DNA of 64,000 bases from a virus, in the IMG/VR virus record IMGVR_UViG_3300017766_005733, positions 32,001-96,000 of that record. One strand, written 5' to 3'. A program made the position numbers and the translations under genes. The notes beneath the pieces were generated by a model, which was not told the origin of the DNA, did no database searches, and saw only the letters and a list, made by a program, of their open reading frames with translations. Shown piece after piece: positions 36,829 through 47,287 of this stretch; position 1 is the stretch's first letter, and every line of letters begins with the position of its first letter.

Positions 36829-38320
36829 TGATTTTGACCTCGGTTGCCGGCTCCCAGATGTCGGAATAGACGGCGCGACGTGATTCGGCTTGACGATGAA
36901 GTTCTGGGACATCGACGACATCGAAGTCAGTGAAGATGAAAGACGACTTGCCTTCGGGTTTGCGTGTTCCTCGACCAATAGCCTGCCGCAAGGCAATCTC
37001 GGAGGCGCCACCTACCATGTAGATGACATGGCCGACTTTGGTGAAGTCGGTGCCTGTGGAGACACACGAGGTGCCGACGAGGATCGGCAGGTTGCCGGCG
37101 TTGAAGTCCTTGACGAGAGCATCGACGTCGGATGACTGGTAGCCGGCGGGGATGTCTTCCTTTGCCTTCTTGCCGTCGGCGGCATGTGCCAGAGCCACTT
37201 TGTGACGCAGGTGAGGAAGCAGGTGCGTGAACTGCGGCAGTTCGTCGATGAGGATGAGGCAAGGCGTCTTCAGGCGATCGACGGTCATGTTCGCGAGAGC
37301 CGCCGCGGCCTTCGCCAGCCGCCGATTGTTGACGACGTGGTGTCGGTGAAGGCGCATGATGTCTTGAGACCGGTAGTCGTCCTCGCTTTCAACCGGCACG
37401 ACACGGAAGTGGGGCTTGGCGAGAAAGCCGCCGTCGATACCCTCTCTCGTCGACATCCGCATTGTCACGGGTCCCGTGATGCCCTCTAGCACCACGTCGA
37501 GTCCGTCGTTGCGCATCTGAGTCGCTGAGAAGAACATGCGATAGGGGGCGTTGGCCAGCAGCCCAAAGCAGACCTGCTGCAGAGTGGCTGCCGGCGTCAG
37601 GTGGCTTTCATCGGCGATGAAGACCTGCTTCTTCTGAAAGGTCTCCCAGTGCTGGCTGTCGGGGTCAACACGCACGAGACTAGCGGCGATGGCGATCGTC
37701 ACCAGCTTGCTGCAGTCTTTCTTGCCGTCTCCGAAGAATCCAACCCTTTTGGCACCGAGGGCGTACTTGAAGTCAGCGTACAGCTGATTGGCGATGGATC
37801 TCGATGGCGCCATGACGACTGTTGGCAGCCCCAGAGCCTTGACAAGGTACAGAATGATGGTGGATTTGCCGAGGCCCGTGGCCAACTCAACGGCGCCATG
37901 GCGAGCAGCCAGCAACTTCTCGACTGCCTCACGCTGGTAGCCACGGAGGCTGTTCTTGGGCTGGTTGTCCCAAGGCACCAGTTCCCTGTCCGGGTATTCA
38001 ACTTCGTTGATCAGCTGGCAGCCAAGGATCGACTGCAGCCGCGGCCCAAGGCCACTGTAGGTCTCGTCCTCCGGCAACAGGCAGGTCCCGTTCTGCTGCT
38101 CCTTCAACTTCCGCAGTTCCTCCAAGTAGGCTTCCTCGCCTCTGGATTCAATGATGCTTTGCCGCAGCCAAGCGCTGTTCTTCAGACGCTTGAGGGCGTA
38201 GACCGCCTTCTTGTCACGGTACGACAAGGCGGATTCCACCTGCAGTCGCTCTCGGCTACCTTGCGGCGGCAGGCCTTCGATGCGAGTGCGGCAAGGCGAG
38301 TAGGTTCTGAGGACGGTCAT
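36821..38320 (-). CDS. Superfamily 2 DNA helicase (UvsW-like)
   Basis: LRGYQ, ATGLGKS, DESH, SAT, QAIGRGTR. Confidence 0.88.
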   Translation of the reverse strand: MTVLRTYSPCRTRIEGLPPQGSRERLQVESALSYRDKKAVYALKRLKNSAWLRQSIIESRGEEAYLEELRKLKEQQNGTCLLPEDETYSGLGPRLQSILGCQLINEVEYPDRELVPWDNQPKNSLRGYQREAVEKLLAARHGAVELATGLGKSTIILYLVKALGLPTVVMAPSRSIANQLYADFKYALGAKRVGFFGDGKKDCSKLVTIAIAASLVRVDPDSQHWETFQKKQVFIADESHLTPAATLQQVCFGLLANAPYRMFFSATQMRNDGLDVVLEGITGPVTMRMSTREGIDGGFLAKPHFRVVPVESEDDYRSQDIMRLHRHHVVNNRRLAKAAAALANMTVDRLKTPCLILIDELPQFTHLLPHLRHKVALAHAADGKKAKEDIPAGYQSSDVDALVKDFNAGNLPILVGTSCVSTGTDFTKVGHVIYMVGGASEIALRQAIGRGTRKPEGKSSFIFTDFDVVDVPELHRQAESRRAVYSDIWEPATEVKING

Positions 38321-38895
38321 TGGGCCTTTGCGGCGTAGAAGGTGTCCACGGCCTTGAAGGCGATGATGCTGGACAAATCCTCGTGGAACTGGCGTTCGAT
38401 CAGTGGGAGTTCTGATGCGTTCTCGCGGATGAAGGCCAAGATCCTTTGCAGCCGCGCCGCCAAGGCGCGGCGGCTTTCTTCCCCATGAAGGCGATTGAGG
38501 TCCTTGGCGATGGGGGCATCTGATTCATGGCAGACAACGAGCATGTCGTAGTCGCGAATGAGATCCACGACGCCTTCCTTGTCTGCCATCAGCTTCTCAA
38601 AGGGGTCGTCGGTGAGGTACAGCAGCGAGTTCAGAGGCGAGGAGTCGCTGATGACGATGACCTGCTTGTCATTCATCAGGTCCTCGGCCTCTGCCTGCTG
38701 CCCAAGGATCTCCGACTGGTCGCGATCGGTGAGGACAACGGCCTGACCAGTCTGTCGCCGCTTCTTGGCGATGTAGCCGCGGGCGATCTCGACCACGAAC
38801 TCAGCGCAAACGCCCATGCGCTTGAGTTCCACGAAGGTCATGGCCGCCAACGTCGTTTTCCCAGACGAGGGGATGCCGAGAAAACCGATCAACAT
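38317..38895 (-). CDS. P-loop NTPase / nucleotide-kinase-like (NadR/AAA_28-like)
   Basis: GIPSSGKTT, ISDSSPL; AGGAG RBS. Confidence 0.7.
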   Translation of the reverse strand: MLIGFLGIPSSGKTTLAAMTFVELKRMGVCAEFVVEIARGYIAKKRRQTGQAVVLTDRDQSEILGQQAEAEDLMNDKQVIVISDSSPLNSLLYLTDDPFEKLMADKEGVVDLIRDYDMLVVCHESDAPIAKDLNRLHGEESRRALAARLQRILAFIRENASELPLIERQFHEDLSSIIAFKAVDTFYAAKAQ

Positions 38896-38976
38896 GCCAG
38901 TCTCCTGAGATGAGGTCAACAATCCATAGCACAAAACTGCCTGATCCGGGGGTCATCGGCCACCCGCCGAAGTCTT

Positions 38977-39178
38977 GTGCTATCGCGCGCGGCCGCGCGA
39001 TGAGTCCATGCGCGGACTCTTTCTTTAGTTACAATAAATAGGGAAGTTTCACTGCATACAGCTTCCATGAATCATTCTCTATTATTGGATACTTAGTGCA
39101 GCCGACGCCTGACCGGCGTCAGCTGACTTTAGTTGCGGCCTTCAGCTGAAGGCGTCAGTAACGCGCGCGCGATAGCAC
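38977..39178. repeat. 15-bp perfect inverted repeat flanking an AT-rich core (candidate origin or divergent control region)
   Basis: GTGCTATCGCGCGCG (38977-38991) and CGCGCGCGATAGCAC (39164-39178); internal palindrome GCCTTCAGCTGAAGGC (39138-39153). Confidence 0.75.
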
Positions 39179-39259
39179 TCGATTTTCTTTGCTGGCGCCT
39201 GCAAAAAAGACTTGACAGGTGTCTCGCCTCGACCACAGACTCGGCGGCTGGAGGTAGAC

Positions 39260-39556
39260 ATGGCTCAGAAGCGCCTGTATGTGGTGAGGTTTGAGATGGA
39301 GTACCCGGTTCTGGCGGAGGACGCCGACGAGGCGACGTCTTACATCGACGACGCAATCGATGATTTGTCTTACACGCAAGACAACGCCGAGGCGCGGCTG
39401 ATGGCCTTCTCCGCCTCTGGCGCCCCGGTCCTGCCCAAGCGCTACATGCTCAGTTCCTTGGTGTACGGCGCCGATGAAGACACAACGCTCGCGGGTGCCA
39501 TCGCCAAGGAGAAGGCGATCAGGGAGTTTGAGAGCAAGCAGATGAAGCTGTTCTGA
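39260..39556 (+). CDS. Hypothetical protein
   Basis: GGAGG RBS; TTGACA at 39212. Confidence 0.7.
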   Translation: MAQKRLYVVRFEMEYPVLAEDADEATSYIDDAIDDLSYTQDNAEARLMAFSASGAPVLPKRYMLSSLVYGADEDTTLAGAIAKEKAIREFESKQMKLF

Positions 39557-39613
39557 GGCGCTGGAAAACGGGCTGTGCTATGAGTCGCGAGAAGTCGCAG
39601 GAGAACCCAGCCC

Positions 39614-41473
39614 ATGACCAGCTACCAGAAAGTCAAGTCCGTCGCCAAGAACGTCACGCCCAAGGGCAAGCGACTGGAGTCGACGATCCTTGAGACCATG
39701 TCTCGGGTCTCAGAGATCGTCGGCGCCACCCTCGGCCCCGGCGGCCAGCAGGTCTTGATTGAGCGACAGGAAGACCTGCCGCCGTTCGTCACCAAGGACG
39801 GCGTCACGGTCTACCGCAGCCTCGGCTTTGCCGATCCCGTGGCGCACGCCATCATGGAGACGGCGCGTGATGCCAGCATCCGCACGGCCTCGGAGGCCGG
39901 CGACGGCACCACGACGGCGACCGTGCTGTCGGAGGCCATCGTCCGCCACACCCTGAACTTCACGCGCAACAACCCCAAGGTCTCTCCTCAGCGCGTTGTT
40001 CGCAGCCTCCAGCGAGTCTTCAATGACTCCTTGGAGCCGATGATCCGAGACCTCGCCATCCCCGTTGATTCCTCGTCGGAGCAGGGGCAGAAGCTGCTGA
40101 AGCAGATCGCTTCGACTTCGGCCAACGGCGACGGCGAACTCGCCGATGCCGTTTCGCAGGCCTTCGACATCACGGGCGACGACGGCAATGTGACGATCGT
40201 TGAGTCTTCGGGCCCCAGCGGTTACGACGTTGAGAAGATCAGCGGCTACCCGATCCAGATGGGTTACGAGGATTCGATGGCGCGGTTCTACTCGCGCTTC
40301 CTCAACGACGTCGCCAATCAGCGCGTGCTCCTCGATGATCCTGTGTTTGTGCTCTTTGACGGCCGCGTCACGGAGTTCCAGACCCTGTTCCCGGCCCTGC
40401 AGATGATCAGCGAAAAGTACGTTTCGCTGGGCTACAACCACAACGTCGTGGTGGTGGCCGCTGGCTTCAGCGAGAGCGTCCTTGGTCACCTCGCCATCAA
40501 CTTCAACGAGCCCAACACCATCAAGATCGTGCCGATGATGGTGCCGATGTCGCCGCAGCTGAATGCGCAGCGCGCCTTCCTTGAGGACGTGGCGGCTGTC
40601 ACCGGCGCCCGCATCTTCGACCCCCTCAACAGCCCCATGGACAAGTGTCAGCTGGAGGACTTCGGTGCGCCGATGGTCGACGAAAGCGACGAGCGTGGCA
40701 CGCGCATCCGCTGCCGCGGCATTCGCCACCTTGAGATGTACCGCTTCCGGTCGACGCTGATTGGCGTCCCCGAGGAAGAGGGCACCGAGGCGCGTCTCGT
40801 CGAGCGCATGGAGGCCCTGCGTCAACAGGCGGCACAGAGCGGCTCCAGCGAACTCGATCGCATGCTCATTCAGGAGCGCATCGCGCGTCTGACGGGTGGC
40901 ATCGCCCGGCTTCGTTGCCTTGGCGCCAGCAACGGCGAACTCAAGGAGAAGCGTGACCGCGCCGAGGACGCCGTCTGCGCCGTCCGCGGTGCCCTGAAGA
41001 CCGGCGCTCTGCCGGGTGGCGGCTGGACCTTCCTCTACCTCTGCGCGGCGCTGCGGGCGGCCGAGGACCCCATGGGCATCCTTGAGCAGATCCTGATTCC
41101 TTCGCTGGAGGAGCCGCTGCGTCGTCTGCTGACGAACGCCGGCTACAACGCCAGTGAATGCGAAGAGGCGCTGAAGGCTGTGAGCGCCAACGCCAAGGCG
41201 CTCTACGAGGACCCGGAAGAGAGCCTTGAGTCGGCGACGATCGTTGACGTGTCGAGCGGCAAGACAGTGCTGGCGCTGCAGGAGGGGGTTGTCGACGCTC
41301 TGCCCGCGGTCTTGGAGGCGCTGCGCAACAGCCTTTCGATCGCCAGCCTCCTCGGTACCCTTGGCGGCACCGTCGTCTTCCACCGCGACACGGATCTGGA
41401 GCGTACCGAGGCCCGCGCCGCCGCGGCCTTTGAGCGCAACGCGAATGTGAATCCAGCCGACGAGAAGCCCTGA
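39614..41473 (+). CDS. groEL: Phage chaperonin GroEL-like
   Basis: TLGPGG, TKDGVTV, AGDGTTTATVL, ERIARLTGG, LPGGG. Confidence 0.93.
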   Translation: MTSYQKVKSVAKNVTPKGKRLESTILETMSRVSEIVGATLGPGGQQVLIERQEDLPPFVTKDGVTVYRSLGFADPVAHAIMETARDASIRTASEAGDGTTTATVLSEAIVRHTLNFTRNNPKVSPQRVVRSLQRVFNDSLEPMIRDLAIPVDSSSEQGQKLLKQIASTSANGDGELADAVSQAFDITGDDGNVTIVESSGPSGYDVEKISGYPIQMGYEDSMARFYSRFLNDVANQRVLLDDPVFVLFDGRVTEFQTLFPALQMISEKYVSLGYNHNVVVVAAGFSESVLGHLAINFNEPNTIKIVPMMVPMSPQLNAQRAFLEDVAAVTGARIFDPLNSPMDKCQLEDFGAPMVDESDERGTRIRCRGIRHLEMYRFRSTLIGVPEEEGTEARLVERMEALRQQAAQSGSSELDRMLIQERIARLTGGIARLRCLGASNGELKEKRDRAEDAVCAVRGALKTGALPGGGWTFLYLCAALRAAEDPMGILEQILIPSLEEPLRRLLTNAGYNASECEEALKAVSANAKALYEDPEESLESATIVDVSSGKTVLALQEGVVDALPAVLEALRNSLSIASLLGTLGGTVVFHRDTDLERTEARAAAAFERNANVNPADEKP

Positions 41474-41754
41474 TGCCAGTCTACCGTTATCGCTGCCCGG
41501 AATGCGGAGCCGACCACGAGCGGATTCGCAGCAAGCCCCCGGAGTCTCAGCCCTGCCCCAAATGCGGGGCTGAGATGGCACGGGCCCCCAAGGGGCCGGG
41601 CGTGGCGGTAATGGAGACGCTCGACAATGGCGTCATGACGCGACCCGTGGAGCGGGTCGTGGACCAGCCACGCCTGCATCGAGAGAAGATCAACCACGTC
41701 GAAACCGACGCCAACATCGAAACGTGGTCGGGGCGGCGAGTCGGAGAGGGTTGA
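41473..41754 (+). CDS. FmdB-family zinc-ribbon protein
   Basis: MPVYRYRCPECG...CPKCG. Confidence 0.75.
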   Translation: MPVYRYRCPECGADHERIRSKPPESQPCPKCGAEMARAPKGPGVAVMETLDNGVMTRPVERVVDQPRLHREKINHVETDANIETWSGRRVGEG

Positions 41755-41785
41755 CAGGCTTCGTCGTGTCTGATAATCGACGAGA

Positions 41786-43780
41786 ATGCGCCTCAACATC
41801 AAAAGCCTTGAACTCAGCCGTTTCCGCAGCTATGTGGAGCCGGCTGGGGTTCTTTTTCCAGAAACGGGACTTGTACTGGTGCGCGGCAACGGATCCGGCG
41901 CCGGCAAGTCCAGCCTCTTCATGGCCATCTACGATGCCATCGGCATCTGCCCCGTCCCCGCGACGCAGCTGAAGTCGTGGCACGGAGATGGTTGCCGCAG
42001 AGTGTCGCTCCAGCTTGAGGCGGATGGAAAGGACATTTCCATTCGCCGCGGCGAAGCGCAGTCACTGACGATCGATGGCGCTGAAAAGGCCATGGAGTCG
42101 CTGCCGTCGGCACTCGGCGTCAAGGACCTTGAATGGCTGTTGCCGTTGACTTATCGGCCACAGAATGGCGGCTCCTTCTTTCTCTCCCTCGGCGACGCCG
42201 AGAAGAAGAGTTTCCTCTCCAGTGTCCTTGGCCTTGATGCCTTGGAGAAGGCGTTTGAAGAAAGCCAAGAGAAAATGCCGAGGCTGCAGGCGGCCAAGGA
42301 GGCGGCAGCGGCCCGACTTGCTTCCATCGCCGGCGGCCTGCAGGCCAACAAGGAGGCGCTGAAGGGGGCTGGCGGCGTTGCTCTTGACGACCTGACGGCG
42401 GCACAGGATGCCGTTCGGATTGCGGTGGAAGAAGCGAAGGACGCCGTGCAGGCGGCACGGGCCGACGTCACCGCTCGCACGGCGGAAATCTCCCAGCTGC
42501 AAAAGCAGTCGCCGCAGCTGACGCCGGAAGCTGAAGAGCAGGTTGCGGCGTTGCGAGCGCCGCCGCCAGCCGATCCGATGCTTGCTCAGTTTGAGTCACG
42601 CCTCAAGGCCGTGGATCAACAGGAGGCGGCGGCGAAGAAAGAGTGGTCGGAGGCCAACGCCGCGTACCTGAAGGCCACGCAGGCGTGGTCTCTGGCGTCT
42701 ACGAAGCTGGCGAAGGCAGAGGCCGACCTCGCTGCCCTGCGGCGGCAGGAGCAGACGAAGGCGGCCGAGTTGGAGTCCCTGACTTCAGGCGTCTGCCCCA
42801 CCTGCCATCAGCCTTGGCACGATCACGAAGAGCAGTCCGACCGTTCGATGTCTCTTGCGGAACTGCGCAAGCGCATCACCTCGCAGGAGACTGTCGTTGC
42901 CGAGATGGCGGTGACGCAAGAAAAACCGCAGCCGCCTCCCCAGCCCGATCTGTCCCAGCAGCAGAAGATGCGCGTGGCCCTGAGGCAGCGCTACGACCAG
43001 CTGCAGCTGGCTCATCGCCAGAAGGCACTGGAGAACTCGGCGGCCGCAGATGCATTGATTGCCGCCGCCCGCGTCGACCTCGATCGTCGCCTGAGCGCCC
43101 TGACGACTGAACGCGCTGAGGCGTCACAGAAGCTGACGGAAGCCACCAATCGCTTGCAGGCCGCCGAGCACCACAAGGCGCTCGTGGGTCTCATCGTCCG
43201 CGCGCAGCTGGATCTGACTCAGGCGCAAGAAGTCCTTGACCAAGCCCTCGCCGAGATGAAGGCCGAGGATGACTTCAGGGCCCTCGTCGGCCCCAAGGGC
43301 TTCCTCGGCGCCATCTTCGATGAGGTGCTGGAGGAGATCAGCACCGAGACCAATCGCCTGCTGGCACTCATGCCAAACGTCACACATGTCAGCCTGCAGC
43401 TTTCGTCGACGAAGACCTCGGCGACATCCAAGAAGCAGCAGAAGGTCATCACTCCCGTCTTCCGCAGCCATGGCCATGAGATCGCCGGCGCTTGGATGCG
43501 GGTCTTCAGTGGCGGTCAGGTGACGGCCATTCAGCTGGCGCTGGATCTGGCTGTGGCTCAGGTGCTGGGGCGCCGTACGGGCCTTGAGGCTGGCTGGCTG
43601 ATCCTTGACGAGCCCTTCGTGGGGCTTCCGGCTGCGGAGACGGAGCAGGTCATGGAGGTTCTGCGGCTGCTCGCAGAAAAGCGCTTGCTTCTTGTCGTGG
43701 ACCATGGTACTGAAGCGCAGCAGATGTTTTCGCGGACGATCGAAGTCGTAAACGAAAACGGTCGTAGCAGACTACAATAG
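41786..43780 (+). CDS. SbcC/Rad50 (gp46)-like ATPase
   Basis: GSGAGKSS, coiled coil with CPTC hook, FSGGQ, ILDEPF, VDH. Confidence 0.88.
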   Translation: MRLNIKSLELSRFRSYVEPAGVLFPETGLVLVRGNGSGAGKSSLFMAIYDAIGICPVPATQLKSWHGDGCRRVSLQLEADGKDISIRRGEAQSLTIDGAEKAMESLPSALGVKDLEWLLPLTYRPQNGGSFFLSLGDAEKKSFLSSVLGLDALEKAFEESQEKMPRLQAAKEAAAARLASIAGGLQANKEALKGAGGVALDDLTAAQDAVRIAVEEAKDAVQAARADVTARTAEISQLQKQSPQLTPEAEEQVAALRAPPPADPMLAQFESRLKAVDQQEAAAKKEWSEANAAYLKATQAWSLASTKLAKAEADLAALRRQEQTKAAELESLTSGVCPTCHQPWHDHEEQSDRSMSLAELRKRITSQETVVAEMAVTQEKPQPPPQPDLSQQQKMRVALRQRYDQLQLAHRQKALENSAAADALIAAARVDLDRRLSALTTERAEASQKLTEATNRLQAAEHHKALVGLIVRAQLDLTQAQEVLDQALAEMKAEDDFRALVGPKGFLGAIFDEVLEEISTETNRLLALMPNVTHVSLQLSSTKTSATSKKQQKVITPVFRSHGHEIAGAWMRVFSGGQVTAIQLALDLAVAQVLGRRTGLEAGWLILDEPFVGLPAAETEQVMEVLRLLAEKRLLLVVDHGTEAQQMFSRTIEVVNENGRSRLQ

Positions 43781-43790
43781 GAGCACACAA

Positions 43791-44072
43791 ATGCCGAAGA
43801 AGATGAAGGCCGAAAAAGACCCCTTTGCCAACCTTGACAGCGACTTCAAGGACGCAATCCTGCAGGGCGAAGAGACGGCGGTGCGCGCCGCGGCCTCCAA
43901 GGTCGCCCTCGATCAGGAAGAACTCATGTCGGCCAAGGAAGGCGACGAGGACCTGAAGCAGGCGATGGCGGCGGCGTCGGTGGCCAGCGCCGTCTACCGC
44001 GAGGGCACGAAGATGAACAAGCTGCGCATCAAGTTCATCCGCAGCGTCCTCAAGAGCCGCGGTCTGGAGTGA
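43791..44072 (+). CDS. Hypothetical helical protein
   Basis: AGGAG RBS, biased codons. Confidence 0.7.
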   Translation: MPKKMKAEKDPFANLDSDFKDAILQGEETAVRAAASKVALDQEELMSAKEGDEDLKQAMAAASVASAVYREGTKMNKLRIKFIRSVLKSRGLE

Positions 44073-44241
44073 ATGCATGTTTCATGCCGTGCGTTTTTAG
44101 GATTTGAAAAACGCATGGAATGTTTCTTGCGACGCAAGATGAGTTGATCCAACCCCGGTCGAAAGGCCGGGGTTGTGCTTTATGCGACGTGAATCTTGGT
44201 TTTCCACTTCCGTTGACGCATAGCGGGGTGGCGGAGCGAGT

Positions 44242-44838
44242 ATGCGCGTCCTCGGCCTCGACTTGTCCAGCAATCCCGGTTTCGCGGTTGTCGAGGCTGA
44301 GCCCGAGGGGCAGCTGAGGTTGATTGCCTACAAGGGCTATCACGTCGAGGCTAAGTCGTCGTTCCCATTTGCTCATGTTGACATCGCTGAATCCGTAACC
44401 AAAATCGTTGTGGATTGGGTGGAGAATCATTCTCCAGACCGAATCGTCATTGAGCAAACGAATCTGGGCAAGGCAAGGTACTCCCAGAAGCAGCTTGAGT
44501 TCATTCATTTTGCTGTGATCAAAGAACTGCGATCACGCCACCTTGATTTCGTCTATGTTGACTCCTCTGAATGGCGCCGCGCCCTTGCGCAGCGGCTGTC
44601 GAAAGAGGATCGAAAGAACAACGCCAAGGTGGCGAAGGCAAAGAAGACCGAGGACCCCTTGGCGACCAAGAAGGCGCTTGGGGTATCGGGCAAAATCACA
44701 CACAAGCATCTCTCTGTGGCTTGGGTGAACGCCAACTTTCAGCTGCAGCTGAAGTTGAAGGACAACGACGTCGCTGACGCCGTGTGTCTTTGCGCCGCGG
44801 CGATGCAGCCCGGCATCCGATTCTGCGACGGAACCTGA
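44242..44838 (+). CDS. RuvC-like Holliday junction resolvase
   Basis: VLGLDLS, IVIEQ, SSEWR, DVADAV. Confidence 0.8.
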   Translation: MRVLGLDLSSNPGFAVVEAEPEGQLRLIAYKGYHVEAKSSFPFAHVDIAESVTKIVVDWVENHSPDRIVIEQTNLGKARYSQKQLEFIHFAVIKELRSRHLDFVYVDSSEWRRALAQRLSKEDRKNNAKVAKAKKTEDPLATKKALGVSGKITHKHLSVAWVNANFQLQLKLKDNDVADAVCLCAAAMQPGIRFCDGT

Positions 44839-44923
44839 GGAAAACTCTGGCCAAAGACGAAGTGGGATGTTAGAGTCCCGCTTCGTTGTCGGCATATTTT
44901 GGCGATGACACAAGGAGGACAGA

Positions 44924-47224
44924 ATGCTGGTGAGACCACTTGATAAGGGCATGGGCGAGGCTGTGGCGCGGCGTACCGTTTATCGGCCGTCCGATGAGGG
45001 TTCGTGGGCCAACGTGGCGAAGCGCGTGGCGCTGGGGAACACTCTGCTGGGTCATCCGACGACCATGCAGGTTGAATGCGAGGCGATGACCGAGGCCATT
45101 GCCTCCGCGTCGTTGCTGATGTCGGGTCGCCACCTGCAGCATGGTGACGATCAGCAGCCGCGTCGCTCGATCGAGGTCTTCACCAACTGCTCGTCGGCGG
45201 CGGCTTCGTTCGCCAAGTTCTACCTGCTGCTGAATGGCAGCGGCGTCGGTCGCGGCTACGACGACCACATGATGGTTGTGGACTGGCAGAAGGGACCGAA
45301 CATTCGCCTCGGCCTCTCCGCCGAACACACCGATCACCCGCACTCTCCCGAAGCCATCCGCGAGTTCGCCCGCAGCTGGGGAATGTCAGTCGACGACGTT
45401 CCGGCTCTCCTCGATTCCTTCACCCTCAATCACCACGCTGTTGCGGCGGCGATCGCCGAAGGCAAGTTTGAGGACGACAATCACGTCTACATGCAGGTCG
45501 ACGACAGCCGAGAGGGCTGGGCCCATGCCTTGGAGCGCTGGGAGACGATGGCATTCCTGCAGGATCGCCGGACGCTGGTGATTGACTGGTCGCTGGTGCG
45601 CGCCAAGGGCACACCGATTGGCGGCATGCAGGATCGTCCGGCCTCGGGGCCGCTGTCGCCGATGCGCGCTTTCTGGCGCGTGACGTGGAACGTCGTCATG
45701 GCCTCGGAGATGCCGCTGTGGCGTCAGGCCATGGTCGTCGACCACTACATGAGCGAAGAGGTGCAGGTTGGCGGTGCCCGTCGTGCCGCGCGCATGTCGA
45801 CCAAGGACTGGCGCGATCCCGGCATCATCGACTTCATCGAGATCAAGTCGAAGGGCGGACTGTGGACGAGCAACAACTCGATCACCGTCGACGCCGAGTT
45901 CTGGCGCCTTGTGGCTGAAGGCGATGTGCGGGCCAAGGAAATCTTTGACGCCGCCACCGCCTGCTCCTTCATCAACGGCGAGCCGGGCTTCATCAACGGC
46001 GACCTGCTGGAGAAGCATGGCCAGCGTCAGGTCTACGACGATGGCAGCGACTTCCGCAGCGACCGCTTTCAGGCGCGGTGCGCTCAGCCGCTGCTGAAGG
46101 CACTGGGGGAGCGTGCGACGACCTGCAGGTTTGAGTACATCACCAACCCCTGCGGTGAAATCGTCCTCCACACCCTCGGCGCCTACTGTGTCATCGCCGA
46201 CGTCGTCCCGCTCTTTGCCTTCCCCGGCACCCTTGACGAGGCGATTGCCATCCGTCAGGCCCTCGTCTGGGGTACGGCCAACGAGGAGATGCACGCGAAG
46301 GTGCGGCAGTGGGACGACAACTTCCACAAGGCCGCCAAGATCGCGACTCGTGCCCTGATGCGCGTCAACAAGATGCCGGCCCTCTACCAGAAGGAAGTCG
46401 AGCGTACCCAGCGCATTGGCGTTGGTCTCACCGGCATCCACGAGTATGCGTGGCTGCGGTTCGGCCTGACCTTCGACGACATGCTGTCTGGCAGCCCCGA
46501 AGCCAACCAGTTCTGGGCCATGCTTCACCATGTCTCGGAGGCCATCAAGCAGGAGTCGATCGACTACGCGCAGGAACTCGGGGTCTCGCCGCCGCACACG
46601 GTGACGACCGTCAAGCCCGCGGGGACGACCAGCAAGCTGTTTGGTCTCACTGAAGGCGCTCACCTGCCTTCGATGGCCAGCTACCTGCGTTGGGTCCAGT
46701 TCCAAGGTCGCAAGACGGAGGCTGGTGAGTGGGCGAAGGCCAGCGATCCGCAGCTGCCGGTCTTTGAGTCCAAGGGCTACCCGATGCGTCAGCTGACGCA
46801 GTACGCTGGTACCACGATCGTCGGCTTCCCGACGGTGCCGCTCGTCAGCCGCCTCGGCATGCCGAAGGTGACGACGGCTCCTGAGGCCACGCCCGACCAG
46901 CAGTACCAGTACCTGCGTCTGCTGGAGGAGAACTGGATTGGCAAGCACCGCGGCAATCAGGTGTCCTACACCCTGAAAATCTTCACCGACCGAGTGTCGT
47001 TGGACGAGTACCGCGGCATTGTCTTGCGCAACCAGTCGACCATCCGCTGCTGCAGCGTCATGCCGACGCTTCCCGAGTCGCAGATGGGCTACGAGTACCT
47101 GCCCGAGCAGGCCGTGACCCTCGACGAGTTGGCGGAGATCATGGGCAAGATCAAGGACGACGACCTGAAGCAAGAGATCGACATCAACACCCTTCTCTGC
47201 TCAACCGGCGCCTGCCCCATGTGA
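44924..47224 (+). CDS. nrdJ: Class II (B12-dependent) ribonucleotide reductase
   Basis: TNPCGEI, RIGVGLTG, TTVKPAGTTSKLFG, C-terminal CSTGACPM; no small subunit nearby. Confidence 0.85.
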   Translation: MLVRPLDKGMGEAVARRTVYRPSDEGSWANVAKRVALGNTLLGHPTTMQVECEAMTEAIASASLLMSGRHLQHGDDQQPRRSIEVFTNCSSAAASFAKFYLLLNGSGVGRGYDDHMMVVDWQKGPNIRLGLSAEHTDHPHSPEAIREFARSWGMSVDDVPALLDSFTLNHHAVAAAIAEGKFEDDNHVYMQVDDSREGWAHALERWETMAFLQDRRTLVIDWSLVRAKGTPIGGMQDRPASGPLSPMRAFWRVTWNVVMASEMPLWRQAMVVDHYMSEEVQVGGARRAARMSTKDWRDPGIIDFIEIKSKGGLWTSNNSITVDAEFWRLVAEGDVRAKEIFDAATACSFINGEPGFINGDLLEKHGQRQVYDDGSDFRSDRFQARCAQPLLKALGERATTCRFEYITNPCGEIVLHTLGAYCVIADVVPLFAFPGTLDEAIAIRQALVWGTANEEMHAKVRQWDDNFHKAAKIATRALMRVNKMPALYQKEVERTQRIGVGLTGIHEYAWLRFGLTFDDMLSGSPEANQFWAMLHHVSEAIKQESIDYAQELGVSPPHTVTTVKPAGTTSKLFGLTEGAHLPSMASYLRWVQFQGRKTEAGEWAKASDPQLPVFESKGYPMRQLTQYAGTTIVGFPTVPLVSRLGMPKVTTAPEATPDQQYQYLRLLEENWIGKHRGNQVSYTLKIFTDRVSLDEYRGIVLRNQSTIRCCSVMPTLPESQMGYEYLPEQAVTLDELAEIMGKIKDDDLKQEIDINTLLCSTGACPM

Positions 47225-47242
47225 CCTCAGCGATCCCGTAGT

Positions 47243-47273
47243 GAAGCGGCCCCGCAAGGGGCCGTTTCTTTTT
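47243..47273 (+). terminator. Rho-independent terminator
   Basis: GCGGCCCC-GCAA-GGGGCCGT then TTCTTTTT. Confidence 0.85.
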
Positions 47274-47287
47274 GCTATACGACGAAC

